Below the pieces are notes generated by a model. It was not told the origin of the DNA and did not search any database. It saw only the letters and a program-made list of their open reading frames with translations. From NCBI GenBank assembly GCA_963693365.1, contig CAVNZM010000013.1, positions 2,133,817 to 2,197,816 of the forward strand: DNA of 64,000 bases. The letters run 5' to 3'. The position numbers and the translations under genes are program-made. Of this stretch, positions 16,717-40,988 are shown one piece after another. The number at the start of each line of letters is the position of its first letter. Positions within the stretch are counted from its first letter, which is position 1. The stretch comes from Amoebidium appalachense. Its lineage: Eukaryota > Protista > Ichthyosporea.

Positions 16717-17231
16717 GGCTGCACCGAGTACTAGTGGCAGTGTGTGCGCCTACAAAGTAATGGGATGCGTGGCGTGTGGCCTAACTATGGCTGTCCTGAG
16801 CACCCCAGCTACGCCTAGACAAAGGCGGTGGCTGAGCGCGAGGGTGTCCGTCTTGTTAACGTAACTTGGCGATAAGGATAACTTGCAGTGAAAGCTCGTT
16901 GAAAGGTCTGTGCACTGCGACGTCTGCAGTCAGTGGGGCAGCCTGTGTGGCTGTGTTGCACGTGCGCATCTGTGACACAGGGCAGGAAAATAAAGCCAAC
17001 CAAATTGCATTCTACATAGCTATATATAGCTATCTATTAATTTGGACCAATCAAAAGAGGTATACAGCCTATTGGCCCAGCTAGCACCACTGTCGGAGAC
17101 TGTCTGTCTCACACACCGTGAGTCAAAGTCAGAACACACACCGGTGCCTGCGTGCACCACACACACGCACACTGTTCCGTGGCTTAAAACGTGCACACAC
17201 AGGCCCAGGCAGGGGCTACTGAGGGGCACAA
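16717..17231. promoter_or_regulatory. Putative bidirectional promoter DHX37/SRR1
   Basis: Head-to-head start codons ~515 bp apart. Contains TATATA (~17021) and CCAAT/ATTGG elements (~17047, ~17071). Confidence 0.45.
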
Positions 17232-17566
17232 ATGGAGGACGACGGGTTTGTGCTTGTGCGCCACAAGGCCAAGCACAAGCAGAAGAGAAAGGGCAAGAGC
17301 AGCGACCGCAAGGTGCGTGGCGGCGGAAGAGGGCCCAGGGAACATGGGGCTCTGCTGCGGGCTAACTTGGTGCTTGTAGGGGTTTGCGTATGCTCAGGTA
17401 AGGCCTGCAGGCGAGCAGGGGGGGGAGGAGGACGTGGAAAAGGAGGCGGCAGCAATAGTGGACAGGGTGCGCACGTGCAGGTGTGTGCTCGGTCGGCCTG
17501 CCTGCCCTAGGGGCTATGAGGTCTCTGTGCGTGTGGGGCTGTACGTGCACGCATCACCTGTCTGTG

Positions 17567-17625
<59 letters not shown>

Positions 17626-18708
17626 ATGTGTGCTTGTGCGAGCTCTCTAATATACGTGACCGGTTGTGAGCATTGAAATTGACCTTTGCTTGAGTGTACT
17701 TCGCATGGACCGGGTCCTGACAGTTCGTGCATGTGTGCTCGTGTGAGTGCGTGCACTTGCGCACACGGTGTGCCACGCTTCCTCTGTGTGTGCACATGCC
17801 TGTGCAGGCAGGCTTGTGTGACCATATCTGTGTTGCATGTTGTTGCACTTGTGCATACACACCCCGTAGCTGTGGTATGTACTTGTGTACGGTTGCCGAT
17901 ACCTGTGCCACTCTTGGTTCTGCCTCGGGTCTACTCTCAGGTCGCTGGCTGCATACCCTGGCCTCAAACCCCCTCCTCCCCTCCCCCCCCCTCCCCACAC
18001 AGACGAGAACTGGAAGGGGAGCCGTTCTGGGCAGCCGTTGCAGGTAGCAGGCTGGGAGGTGTGGCTGTGCCGTGTGGGACAGGGCCGACTGACGTTGGGG
18101 GCAGAGGGTGTGGAGGGGCACTGGGCCAGCCACTGGACGGGGCCTGTGTTTGGGCCTGTGGACGTGGTGGTCTACGGCATAGGCAGTGTGCAAAGTAGCC
18201 CAGTGGCAAGGGCACAGCTGGCACTGTTACTGCTGCTGAGGGATAGACTGCAGGTGAGGGCACACGTACACACACACACACACACACACACATACACACA
18301 CACAGAGAGAGGGGGGGGGGGGGGGGGGGGGGGGGGCATATAGACACACCGAGACAGAGAGTTACATACATAGATACAGAGAGGTATACACACAGTTTCA
18401 GTGAGATAGGCATACAGTTTCATAGACATATTCATACAGATACAGAGACATTGAGACTCACAGATATAGAGATATTTGGACTGAAACATTTGGACACGCA
18501 GATACAGGGAAGTACACAAGAAATACGGAGCTGAGATACACACACAGATACAGAGACAGATACACAGAGATACAGAGACATACACAACATAGAGACAGAT
18601 GCATACAGATACAGACAGGTAACACAGATGCACACAGAGACAGGGACAGATACACACACACACTAAAAAACACATTGATACAGGGGCAGACACATACACA
18701 CACACACA

Positions 18709-18748
<40 letters not shown>

Positions 18749-18863
18749 CCATACACGCACAGACCCACCCACACATACACACACCCACCCGCACACCCCT
18801 AGCCCCAGGCATCCACTGACACATGCACACATATGAGGCACACACTCACATACACACACGTGC

Positions 18864-18913
<50 letters not shown>

Positions 18914-20503
18914 GTACACGCATGAAGCTACCGGCTCACAGCAGAGCACATAGACCATGGCACTATGCAACCATGGTTGATGGCACTGGTATATGTCGGC
19001 TCATGATGACAAAAGGTATTTTTTTGACGTGGCCCAGTAGAGGGCTGTGTGCCCAAACGAGTGCACTGGCCCTTTATTGGCCACCACTGTGGCGCTAGCC
19101 AGTACACTGCAACTCTATTAATAGGCCACGCCAGTGCACACTGACTCCCCCCCCCCACCCCCATCCCACCTTTCTCCCCAGGCCGGTGGCCAGGCACACC
19201 TGTATGAACCCATATTGACGCCAGCAGAGAAGACGGCAGTGCAGTTGCTGGGCCTGCAGCTGATTGATACTAACGAGGTGGGTATGCCTGCTAGCATCCA
19301 TGCATGATTGCATCGAGGCAAGGGTATGCCTGCTAGCATCCATGCATGATTGCATCGAGGCAAGGGTATGCCTGCTAGCATCCATGCATGAAAGTAACGA
19401 GATGGGGTTATGGTTACTGTTCATCCATGCACATACAGTACTGAAGCTTGTTTGCCGCAGGGGATGGCACGGGGGGAGGGGGGGGGAGGGGGGGCCTTGC
19501 ATGTTTGACTAATATCGTTTGCAACCACTGCAGGAGTGCAAGCGGTGTGTGTCTGGGAACACGGTGTTCTACATGCCGCACTGCGGGGCACGGCTGTACA
19601 ACAACATGCTGTGGGCCAACTGGGGGGACCTTTCTAGGGTGATGCTGCTGGGCAACAGCCTGGCCCACTACCACACAAGGCACGTGACCCCCAGCCAATG
19701 GCAGCCACCCAATGACGTCACACACTGACTAGTGCCCCCACAGGCATCCGAGTGCACTGCTGGCTGCTGAGGTGCCCTACGTCCACAAGGTAGGGGTGTG
19801 TGCTGTGCCAATGCTTGTGTGCCTCTGATGGCGTTTGGGTTGTGTGTGTAGTTTCTCCTCAGTAACCTATACTCGATTTCTGTTTACCCCCCCTCCCCCC
19901 CCATCCCCCCAAGTCTTGCCTACCCCCCCTCCCCCTCCCCCCTCCCCCCCCCCCCCCCCCCCTCCTCCCCCCTTCCCCGCCCCTTTGGCCCCATCCTGTA
20001 CGCGGTAATCTGTATAGAAACGAATGGCAGTGTTTGCTCAAATCCGTGCCATAGGAGGGGATGGGAAGGAATTTTTTTGGGGGGGAGGTATCCTTTGTTG
20101 CGTGTCGTTGTACATCAATTTGCCTGTGGGGACCATCGAGCCTATGTTCTGTGGATCTGTGGCTTGATATCTGCCACATGTAATGGGCTAATGTGGGTGG
20201 TGCCTGTGCACACACGTGAGATGGCACAGCTCCCCCATGCAGTGGCTGTATTTTCTTTCTTGATAAGGGCCTTGTGGCAGGTGGCCGCACCCGTTGGTGT
20301 CTGGCGGTGCACGTGAGTGACTGTGTGCACACGTGCAGGTGGTCGACTGGGTGGACGAGACACCCCTCCCCGTGTGCCGCAGCCACCCCACCTCCTTCCT
20401 CAACACATCCATCATGACTTTTGCACGAACTAGGCACTGGCCTGCAGACTGGCGCCTGCCCCCGCCCCAGCCAGGCCCCCTCAACGGCCACACGGAGCTG
20501 TGA
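17232..20503 (+). CDS. SRR1: SRR1-domain protein (SENSITIVITY TO RED LIGHT REDUCED 1 / SRRD family)
   Basis: MEDDGFVLVRHK start, then DVVVYGIGSVQSSPVARAQLALLLLL, TVFYMPHCGARLYNNMLWANW..L..VMLLGNS, and last exon ...TSFLNTSIMTF...TEL* (TGA 20501-20503). Confidence 0.88.
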
Positions 20504-21851
20504 GCAACCCCATGGCCCATAACCTGACAGCTGTAGCCAGGTGGCTGCCAGCCAACGGCTGCATATGGGCTGAGCGTTGTGTGGTGCGCCAATCAGCATC
20601 CGGCTGGCTGGCAATGGGGAGGCAACGGCAAAACGGCACCTGGTGCCCTGGCAGCCAAACCACATGGCTTCAATCTGTGCGTTTTGCCGCAACCAAGAAT
20701 CGCGGGAGATGGTGTACGAAGCACATTTGAGACCGTATGATTGGCTAAACCCATGACGAAACACACTTTCTAGACCGTATGATTGGCTAAACCCATGACG
20801 AAACACACGTTCGAACGTCAAAAGGTATGAATGCGTGATGGGCTAGACCCATGCACGAAACACATGCGATATATGCCAGACCGTTTGGTGAATGTTGACC
20901 AATGCACCTACAAATACTGTGTATATTGGGGTGTATGGAGCAATCTGAGTGGGGGCCTGATAGTTAAGCTGCCAAAAACAACAATGCAGGTCGCCAAAGT
21001 AAGAGGGGAACCTAGAGCCAGGAAGGAGAGGTGTGCCAAGATGTAACGTGGCACGTCTTTAATGATTAGCTGGTACATATGCCAAGGACTGATTGTCATG
21101 CCTTGCATGCAACCGTATACGTATCGGGTGTAAAAGACTTGCCTGCAGACTGTGTGCTGATGTCGATCACATGTATGCACATGGTCTAATAAAAACTGAT
21201 CACAAGTATTGTCACATCAATCTTAACTGTGTACACGTCGCACGTCAGACCAGTGCATGGCCACGTACTGCATATGCAGGAATGCACCATATTGCACTTC
21301 GACTGCAATTGTTTCATTTATTTCAACCGTGCATATGGAAGCTATGGTTTGCTGGAAAAACCATGCACATGCGCATTGAGCATTTTGTGCTACCCTCACA
21401 CCAGCAAGTCAAAGCCTGCACCAGGCAGGGTCCACGCGATGAAACATGCAGCCAATGCTCTACTTCTGTACATTGCAGATATATATGCCCAACAGCCAGT
21501 GCTCTAATTCTACGTACATGATGGCAGTACCTGACACTGGTCAATGCTCTTTTCTCTGACACAATCCCTTGCGCCCACCAGCCAGTGCTCTAATACTAGT
21601 TCTGTACATAGTACATGTATGCCCCCAACAGCCAGCTCCAGTTCAATACATAGCACATAGTCCCTGCCAGCCAGTGCTCTGCTTCTACTGTACAAGCACT
21701 GGCCCACCTCTGTACACGGCATGTTGCCACTCAAGCAGCCCTTGTGGTCTGCATTGCCTGGCCACCCTACCTGACCTCATACACACCCATGCCCCCTACA
21801 TGCAACCCCGTGCCCCCTGCAACCCCCCCCCCCCCACCTTCCCCCATGCGC

Positions 21852-32282
<10,431 letters not shown>

Positions 32283-33446
32283 GGTGTTGGGTATTGAGAG
32301 TGGGCCTACAACATAGACGGCCCTCTGCACGGCACCAGCCTGTCGCCTACAAGTCACAGGGCACGGCCGCCAGCAGCTACCAGCCAGTACGCAATAGACA
32401 CTACGAGTTACACGACCTACGTGTCTTGACAACAGGCACGTCTCACAAGATGGAGGCTATGCTTTGATAGAGTGCTGTTGCTGGATGGGCACCGACACCG
32501 AATGAGCCTCTGTGCCTGCACTAAAACAGTAATGCCACCTGCTCCAGGAACGTAGCGTCCACTGTCGCCCAGCTCGCGCGCTGGTCTCAGACTGCTAAAG
32601 GCGAAGACCACCAGCTAGAAGTAAACGCCTATACCGCTGTGTCCAACGTACTGGCTCAAGCTTGGGCACGCCAGATCAGACCAGACCGGCGCCACGGCGC
32701 GGCATGGCCCATGACGGGCGGCTCATGGAGCACCGTGTTCCATGTCCTGGCAGCTAGAGCACTGGTCTGGGGCTGAAAAGCAAAGTAGAGCAACAAATGC
32801 TACGGGTTCACGGTCTGGGAAGCACCTGCCGGCTGTCAACCCAGTCAGCCCTTTGGCCGAACAGCGCACCATGCTGCCCTCAGCCGCACGCAGCACACGT
32901 GCTTGCTGACACGTACGTACACACGTGGCACGGCGCACAGACCCCTCACACGGGTGCATGAAAGTTTTGCATTTTTGTCCCTCACACAGGCAACGTTCTT
33001 ACATTTTTGTGCCTAGGCCTCACACGGGTGCATTTTTTTTGCGACGCACTCAGTCCGTGGGCGACGTGCAGGTCTCCTAAGCTTCTTACTATAGTACACA
33101 ATTGCAATGGGCAGATAGAAGGCCTGCAGGGCGCAGCTGGTGGGTGGGCTTGGTGGGCAGCAGCAAGAGTGAGCTGAAGCAGTGCGGCGGCCAGCCAGCA
33201 CTTCTTTACCATTAACACCTCTGGCTGTACAACAACCAACGCACACTCCCCCTCCCAAGTAAACAACAAGGCCACCGCCAGGCAGCCACCATACGTATAC
33301 AATATGCTCTACAGGATATCACTATCATATCATTGGCACCCCACGCTGGCACATAACCTCTACACGGGCCTACTATCAACAACAGGCTACTGTACAACAC
33401 ACAGCCCGGCCTGCCGCCCTGCCAGCAGGGGGCAGGCAAGGGGCTA

Positions 33447-36400
33447 CTAGCGGCGCTTCTGGTGGGGGCGGTCTCTGTCGTCCTTTGCTATGCGGTACTG
33501 GATCTTCTTGCCGTACGGCAGGTGCCCTATCATGCCCAGGTACGGCCGTATGCTCTCCACAAGCTGCACCAACCGTCAGTGCCTGCCCCCACCAAGTTGC
33601 ACCCCCACCCAGCCACCCTGGGTCCTACCTGTGTGTAGCGAGGGCCCTCGGCAATACTCAGGGCCGTCTGGATGACGTAGTTGCCAAAGGGGTCCTGCAG
33701 CAGCCGTGGCAGCCACCGCTATAATATACCCCGTCAGAAACTCCCCTCCCCTTAAAAACACACACACCACACAGTAATGCACATGCGCACACACCTGGTC
33801 CATCAGTTCATCGATTAGGCTGTTGCGTGTGTCCCTCTCAGCCACGTGCAGGCACTGCAACCACCCTGTCAGCATAGCTCTCACACCCCCTTGCACTGTG
33901 GCCAGGCACCTACCTTCTCTATGACGTTTGACGAGAACTTCTGCACGGCCAGCTGGCTGATATGGCCCAGGAATTGCCGCACAAGGGCGTCGCTGAATCT
34001 CGGGTTTGCCAGCTCCAGCACGTACTGCACCACGTAGTTGCCGTAGGGGTCCTGGATGGGTTAAGCGTCAGCAACCACACCCGGCAAAGGGCACACAGTC
34101 CAGCAGCAGGCAGGACACAGGGCTCACCTGGATGAGGCTCAGCGCGTTGAACGTCACCTCCGTCACCAGTTGCACCTGCACACACAGTCAGTTTCCGCCA
34201 GTCCTCCCCCCTTCCCCCACAGGCAGCGAGGCTGTACCCGCTGGCGGTCCGAGGCATAGTCGATGCAGCGCTGCATGACGCAGCAACCGTGGCGGTGGGT
34301 GGCCACCTCGACACAGTGGGCGGCCACGGCGTCGCAGATAAACTGGTTGTCGGGGGGCGGCAGGCGCTGCAGACAGCGCTGGACCACGTGGTTGCCGTTG
34401 AGGTCCTTGATCAGCCCCACAACATGCCCCCGCAGCGCCCGCACAACGAGCTCGATCTGCACACAGCAAAAAGTTAGCCCTGCCTACCCCCCCCCTCCCC
34501 CATCCCCCCCCCCCCCCCCGCGCCATTCCCCCTTCCCACCTGGTAGCTGTCTGCCAGGTGCTCGACCAGCTTCTGTGCGGCCCTGGTGCCGTGCATGTTG
34601 AGGGATATGGCCACAAGGTGTGGCGCTACGGTCTCGACTATGCAGCGCAGCTGCTCCCCCGTGCAGCACTCCACCAGTTTCTGGCACAGGTAGTTGCCAA
34701 ACGGGTCTGCCCATACATCAGCATATGTTCACATCTCTCTTGCCCCCCTCCCCCCTCCCCCCAACACAAGCACGCGTACCAATCATCAGACCCGGCAGGT
34801 GTGGCAGGGCCTCGCTGCATATTGCGTTGCACCAGGCCCTCTCCTCCAGCCTCCCCTGCAGGAACCTACAGCCGTGCTGGTCCTGCAGCAAAGGTCAGCA
34901 CCCGTCCAGCCCACCCCATCCCTCCCAGTCTTTTGGCCACTTGCCTTGCACAGTTGCACAAAGCTGCCCCGCAGGTCGTCCAGAGTCAGTGTCCCGTCCC
35001 TGAAAACCAGCCGTCAGCGTAGTCCCCTCCCCCCCAAAACACACACACACACACACACACAGGTACACACGTACTTTGCCCACGGGCCCAGGCCCTGCAT
35101 CCAGCCGCCAGCGCCACCGTCTGGGCCCTCACCGCTCCAGGACCAGCGCCTGTCTGCGCCCAGCTGGTGGCCACTAGCCGGATAGCGCCCACTGTCAGAC
35201 AGGCCCCTGGGCCCAAGCTGCCTTTGGTGCCCGGGCGGTGCCGGGGGCCACGAAGGGTCGGGGCTTGGCAGGCGGTCTGCGGGGTGGCGCAGGCGCAGGG
35301 CGGTGGCGTGGCTGAACTTGCAGCGCTCACCGTGCTTGCAGTAGCCCCCCTGATAGTAGCGGCACGGCCCAGCACCCTGCAAAGACAGTTAGCACGTTCC
35401 ATTTAACCCTTTGGCCAGCCTTAAAGGACAAGCACCTGCTGGCTGGGGGGTGGCCGCTGCTGCAGACTGGCCAGGCGGCGGCTGTACTGCTTGCTGTGGT
35501 GCATGCCCTCGGCGCCCTGGGGGAAGTGTCAGCCACAAACAAATGGGGGGAGTTTGACTAGCGTGAAGGTGTGTAAAGTATAATGTGCGACAGAGAACAC
35601 TGCGAATTGCACAGCGCACATACAGAACATGCAGAGCCCATCCTGGAAGGGGCCTAAGTCGTCCGCAAAGACCAGGGGGGGGGGGGGGGTTGAAGGCAGG
35701 CACGTACCGGATACTGGCCGGGCTGCAGGCGTGCACTCTGTAGGTCCTGCATGTTGAGGTGGGCTGGAGAGAGGCCACGTCAGATACTGCACGGCTGTGG
35801 CTTCAGGCACACGACACACACACATACGCATACAAGCACACGCTGGGCAAATACAGGCAGAGCACACGCAAAACATACACACAAGACACACACACACAAG
35901 CACGCACGCATCGACAGGCTCAGGTCGGCCAGATCGTCCAGCTCTTCATAGTTGTAACCCCGCTGCAGAACAAAAGTTAGCCCCATACCTCCTTCCCTTC
36001 CCTCCCCCTTCCCCCTTGTACACAAACCCATGCTCTGTCGTCCAGCCAGTGTGACGACTCTTCGGGTGTAGCCCCTGTGCCTGCCTGTAAGCACTGGACC
36101 CCCCCCCCCCCCCCCCCCCACACTCCCCGTTCTATATGAGCCACACACATACCATATTCCTGGCCACGGTAGCTGGGGTTTAGACCGTAGGCAAGATCCT
36201 GTGGAATTACCAGTGAGAACTCCAGAGTGGAGGTGCCAGATATGGGCTGGGCTGCATATGAAGGCATAGGGATGCTGGCATAAATTGAGCGGTCACCAGA
36301 TAAGGCAGTTGGCCTTCAATGTTGCGCATGATCTAAACCCAGAAACACTATGTAAAACAAAAAGCCAAGCACACGCACCAGCATAGTGGCAATTTTGGGC

Positions 36401-37640
36401 TGGCAAAGAACCAGCTAATACTGCAAGGCCCCATCACCCCTAGAGCCCCATTTCCTGTCATAAAAAAAGCGAAGCTATGTTTTATACCCGAAAACGTGTT
36501 GTAAAATGGTAGCCATAGGCTAAGGCAGCGCCGAATACGGGGTTTGGGGGGGGGGGAGGGGGGTTGAATGCGGAACACGGTACGAAGTACGCATACATGA
36601 TGAGAAGCATGGTGCAGGACACATGCAAAGGCATACATTCAAGTATGCAACATCAGCCATGCGCACAGTATGTGTCATAAGCAGAGCCCATCCTCAGGGA
36701 GGGGCCAAGTCATCAATGCGTCTGAGTTTGGGGACGGGGGGGGAAATGAAGTCGGGTGGCAACACAGGAAAATAAGACTAATTTTTTGTGGTTTACACTT
36801 GTCAAAAAAAAATATGTCGCATAACTGACTGGCTAACTTTCACCGGGGAAGGTATACCGTCAGGCCATGTGCAGCAGTGGCGCGTGTTGTTGGCGAAATA
36901 CGAAACACCACAAACGGTTGTGATAAAAAAAAAAAACAGCTGAACTTTGTACTTCTTGTTTTGGCACACTAATATCCACACCGGAAACAGCTAATTATAG
37001 GCATAAAAAAGGCACGGCAAAAGAACCGGTTATGAACGAAAAGAGGGCTAAATCAACGAACTGCCTGCGGGACGTAAAACCCAAAACGGCAGTAAACACC
37101 AAAACATAACGAATACGGAAAGTATCAATAACAAAGACAAAGAACACCGATAATCTAAGGCTTGCAAGACACCACCCACCTCGTGGCGTGCGGCCCTGTC
37201 TGCCTGCCACAGGTCGTGCCGTGTGTCCTGTTGGCCTGCCCACTGCTGCCTGCTTGGTGGGCTGTGCAGCAGCCGAGCCAAGGCCTCTCTTTGCCCGTCT
37301 GCCTGTCTGTCGTAGCCCTCGTGTTCGTGCCCTGCTGCCCCCAGCTCCCCCAGCCCCAGCCCCCAGGTCTGTGCCGCCATGCCCTGCAGCCATGTTTAGC
37401 ACCTTAAACACCCCACACCCCCCCTCCACCAGCAGCACCACCACCACCACCACCCCGCCCCCATCCCTCCTGTTTATGCACCTTCTGCAAGGCCAGGCGG
37501 GCCTGTTGGTCCTGCAGCTGGGCTAGGCCGACCCGCAGCGCCTTCTGGCTGTTGCCCGCTGGCTGGCCGGGCAGGGCCTTGGCCTCCCCGCTAAAGGCCG
37601 GATAGTGGGTCGGGTCGAACGAGAACAGCGTGTCCGACAT
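33447..37640 (-). CDS. Pumilio/PUF RNA-binding protein (Puf4-type code) with upstream CCCH zinc finger
   Basis: Eight PUF repeats: DQHGCRFLQ, DPFGNYLCQK, NMHGTRAAQK, DLNGNHVVQR, HRHGCCVMQR, DPYGNYVVQY, QKFSSNVIEK, DPFGNYVIQT. CCCH finger CRYYQGGYCKHGERCKFSH (~35310-35365). Stop at 33447. The 5' exons (MSDTLFSF at 37640) are joined by eye and less certain. Confidence 0.88.
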
Positions 37641-38862
37641 AGTACTGCCTGCACGGCACAGATACGTGAGCCAACAGCACGACTAGCTGCTCTGTACTAA
37701 CAGGTTGAAACAACAGCTATGGAAAATAGATATCGATGTGGTTTTCTCTCTAAGTGTGTACCTGAATGAGAGAAGAAACCTTAGAAGTAGCGATTACCCA
37801 CGAACAGGAAAAATAAGCACCACGTAGTAAAGAAACGACATATTCCCTCGGGTCTAAGTCTGATTAGCTCCAAGCTAGGCACGGGGTTAAAAAAATATAA
37901 ATAAAAAACATTAGTTACAAGCAAACATATTCCTTCGACACGTGCCCATAGCCGCCGCCTCCGTTAGAGTGAACCTTATGTCCACGCACTTTGGTGGTTA
38001 ATCACAGCACACGCTGCCTCTGCCCGTGCCTGCACACAGTAGCTGTGGCCCTCCATGGAGGTGCCACAACTAACGGCTATTACTTGGCTTGCCTGTTGTC
38101 TGCAACACGCCAACAGCAGAAAACGTCAAGGCCGGCTACGTTATGTGGGCCGTACTCACGCCAGTATACGTAACGCCCGGTAGGCTAGTGATAGGTGGCA
38201 CGAAGTAATAAACGGAAGTAACTAATACTTAAAGGTAGTTCGTGCGCAAGAGATGTGGGGGCCTCTAAAGCACCGAGACTGTACACCTACCTGTGTCTTT
38301 GTGTGCCTTGTCTGTATTTTGCCGTGTGGGTCAGCCTTCCCCGTCCTGCGTGTTCCTGGCGAGGCGGTGGGTCCCCGCACCGAGCTAAAATCTACAAACA
38401 ACGTGGTTAGCTAGGCCTTTGGCAGTTGGTGTGGATCATACTACGCTCACGCACCCAGCAAACACGTGTGCTAGCCTACCACGGGGCACTAGCTTTACAG
38501 AGACCACTGCTGCTAACACACGCCTATGTGCCTGTACCTATCCGTATGTTCACACGTGTACCGGCCGGCGTCCGAAACATAACGGTGACACGGTTTTGGC
38601 GCCAGCTGCCGTGCGCATGAAAACAGGCTCCCGTGTTGTTGTCGCAGCGCGCTCTTTTGCCCTCCTCTGCCCTCCTCCAGATTGACGTTTGCGGCGCACA
38701 TGACACAACTTGTCAACCAGGACTAGTGCCGGCCGGCAAAAAACTGCACACTTTATTTACCCTTGAAGTATCGTAATGTTCATTAAAACTGGCATGAACG
38801 CTTGAAATAACCTCAAAGACTAATAATAATGGGTTGCCACATGCATGGGTAGCATATTAGTA

Positions 38863-39068
38863 CAGTGAGTCTCTGATTCCTCACTCCCCCAAGGTGTTTT
38901 GGGTCCTCAGACGGTAAGGAACTCCTATTGGTCCCGTCTGTTTTGGTGCCGCTTGGAACTTCGTCGGATTGGTGGAGACTGTACCGTGATGCCGGCTATC
39001 CATTGGTTGGCTTCACACATTGGAGGTAGGCAACTGATTGCGGTGGTGTGAAGGAGTCGCGGCTACTG
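38863..39068. mobile_element. Possible degenerate MITE (Tc1/mariner-pogo style)
   Basis: TA|CAGTGAGTCTCTGATTCCTCAC ... GTGAAGGAGTCGCGGCTACTG form imperfect terminal inverted repeats ~200 bp apart. Confidence 0.35.
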
Positions 39069-39515
39069 AGAGTTATCAAAACAAACAACTTTCAAAATCA
39101 ATGTTATTTTCCAAGTTAAGTTTTATTTAAGCCCAAACAGAATTCGTAATGCTACAGTGGTATACATGCACAACATTATTTCTATACTTTCATTTCAGTT
39201 CCCAAGTGTGTGCATACATTCGTGATTGTCACAGCTAAAATAGTTGTAGAAGTGCATATTTAATCGGATTGCAATCGCCTTCGATCCCGATCCCAATACT
39301 GCTTATGATATGTGACTTTAGTGGGGTGACAGAAATTCCTATTTGCCTGCTACTAACAGCAAATATTAGCACAGCTGAAGAACATAGGGTCGTGTGAGGA
39401 CACCCAGCCTATGTCCTACGTGGTGATATAAAGCGTTACTGCTGCCAGCCAGCAACCTCTATTTGTAGACCAACCCCACCGCCAGCGCACCAGCAACCCC
39501 CGTGGACCAGCAGCC

Positions 39516-40497
39516 ATGGCCAAAGCAGTGAAGGCCTTTCTGAGGGGCCAGAAGTGGGAGAAGGTGCGTGCCTGAGTGCTCCGCCACCCCACTTTGCCTG
39601 TGTGCCCGTGTGCCAATGTTCTCGTGTGCCAGTGCGCCAGTGTGCCTGTGTGCCTGTGTGCCAGCCTCGTCTGTCCGCGTGCAGGCTTTTGGGTGCCTGT
39701 GTGCCTATGGGCCCGGATGCCATGCACTTTTTTTGTGTTTGTAGGCCCATTTGCCTGTCACAGCCATTATATAGGCGGCGCCTGTGTTCGTCCGTTTTAT
39801 GCCCCTGTGCCTGTGTGCCTGTAACCATGCATTATCATGCCCGGGTGCCTGTGAGCCTGTGAGCCTGTGCATGTGCTCGTGTAGTTTGGGCCTGTAGGCA
39901 TGTGGGCGAGGCATCTTTGTGGGCCTGCTTGCCTGTCTGCCTGTGCGCCTGTGCGCGGCTGTCTGCCTGTCCTCGTTGCTACCCCCAAGCTGTATAGGCA
40001 GGCCTCTGTGGTCACGAACTACGGGAGGGGGGTTGGCCTCGGAATATCATGGCCCTCTGCGTGCCTGCGTACCCCTGGACCTGTGCTTGTGCCTAGCCTG
40101 TGTGTGTCTTCTGCCTCCCCAGGCATGCCTGTGCACCTGCTTGGGCTTTTTGCCGGCTTGGTCTATGGTCCTGGCTTCTGTCTGCTCGTGGCCCTGTGCA
40201 CGTGCCTGCTGTGCGCCTATTCCCCTTTGCCCCTGGACATGCCCTATGCCTGTGCCTGTGTACCTGTGCCTGTGTGCCTATACCTGTGTCGTGTGCCTGT
40301 GCTTGTGCCTATACTTGTGCCTGTGCCTGTGTGCCTTTACCTGTGCTGTGTGTGTCTGAGCCTGTCTGCCCCCCTGCAGGACGAGCTCCTGGACGTGCTG
40401 TTTTGGGGCCGCCAGCTGGTGGGCGTGCTGCTGGGCCTGGCCTTTGGCTTCCTGCCCATGCTTGGTGCCCCTGCCCTGCTGTCGTAAGTGGCCCACT

Positions 40498-40539
<42 letters not shown>

Positions 40540-40707
40540 GCAGGATACTTATTGGTGGGCAGGGGGCTGGTGCTGCTGGGCAGCTACTCGGTGCTGCACA
40601 CGGGCTATCTGGACGTGGACGAGGACATATACGGTGGCGCCCCTGCAGGCGCACAGGAGGGCTTTGCTAACGGCCTGGGCCTGTTCATGGTGCGTGGGCT
40701 GTGCCTT

Positions 40708-40750
<43 letters not shown>

Positions 40751-40940
40751 TGTGAACGGTGTGAACTGCAAGGAGGGGAACAGTCGTGATCACACGTGCA
40801 AGAAATATTTGGGCAGACAAATAGGTGTCATTGATTTTTTGGCTGAAACACCAGGAGTACACTCTGCTCCTCTCCTTGCCCTGACTTTCTACCTTCCCAA
40901 GCACGACATACCTAAGAGCACTATGCTTATCTCTTCTCTC

Positions 40941-40988
<48 letters not shown>

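Noticed and set aside
20730-20810. 43-bp duplication with CCAAT (AGACCGTATGATTGGCTAAACCCATGACGAAACACAC x2)
   Set aside because: Only two copies with no element boundaries or coding link; probably a small local duplication.
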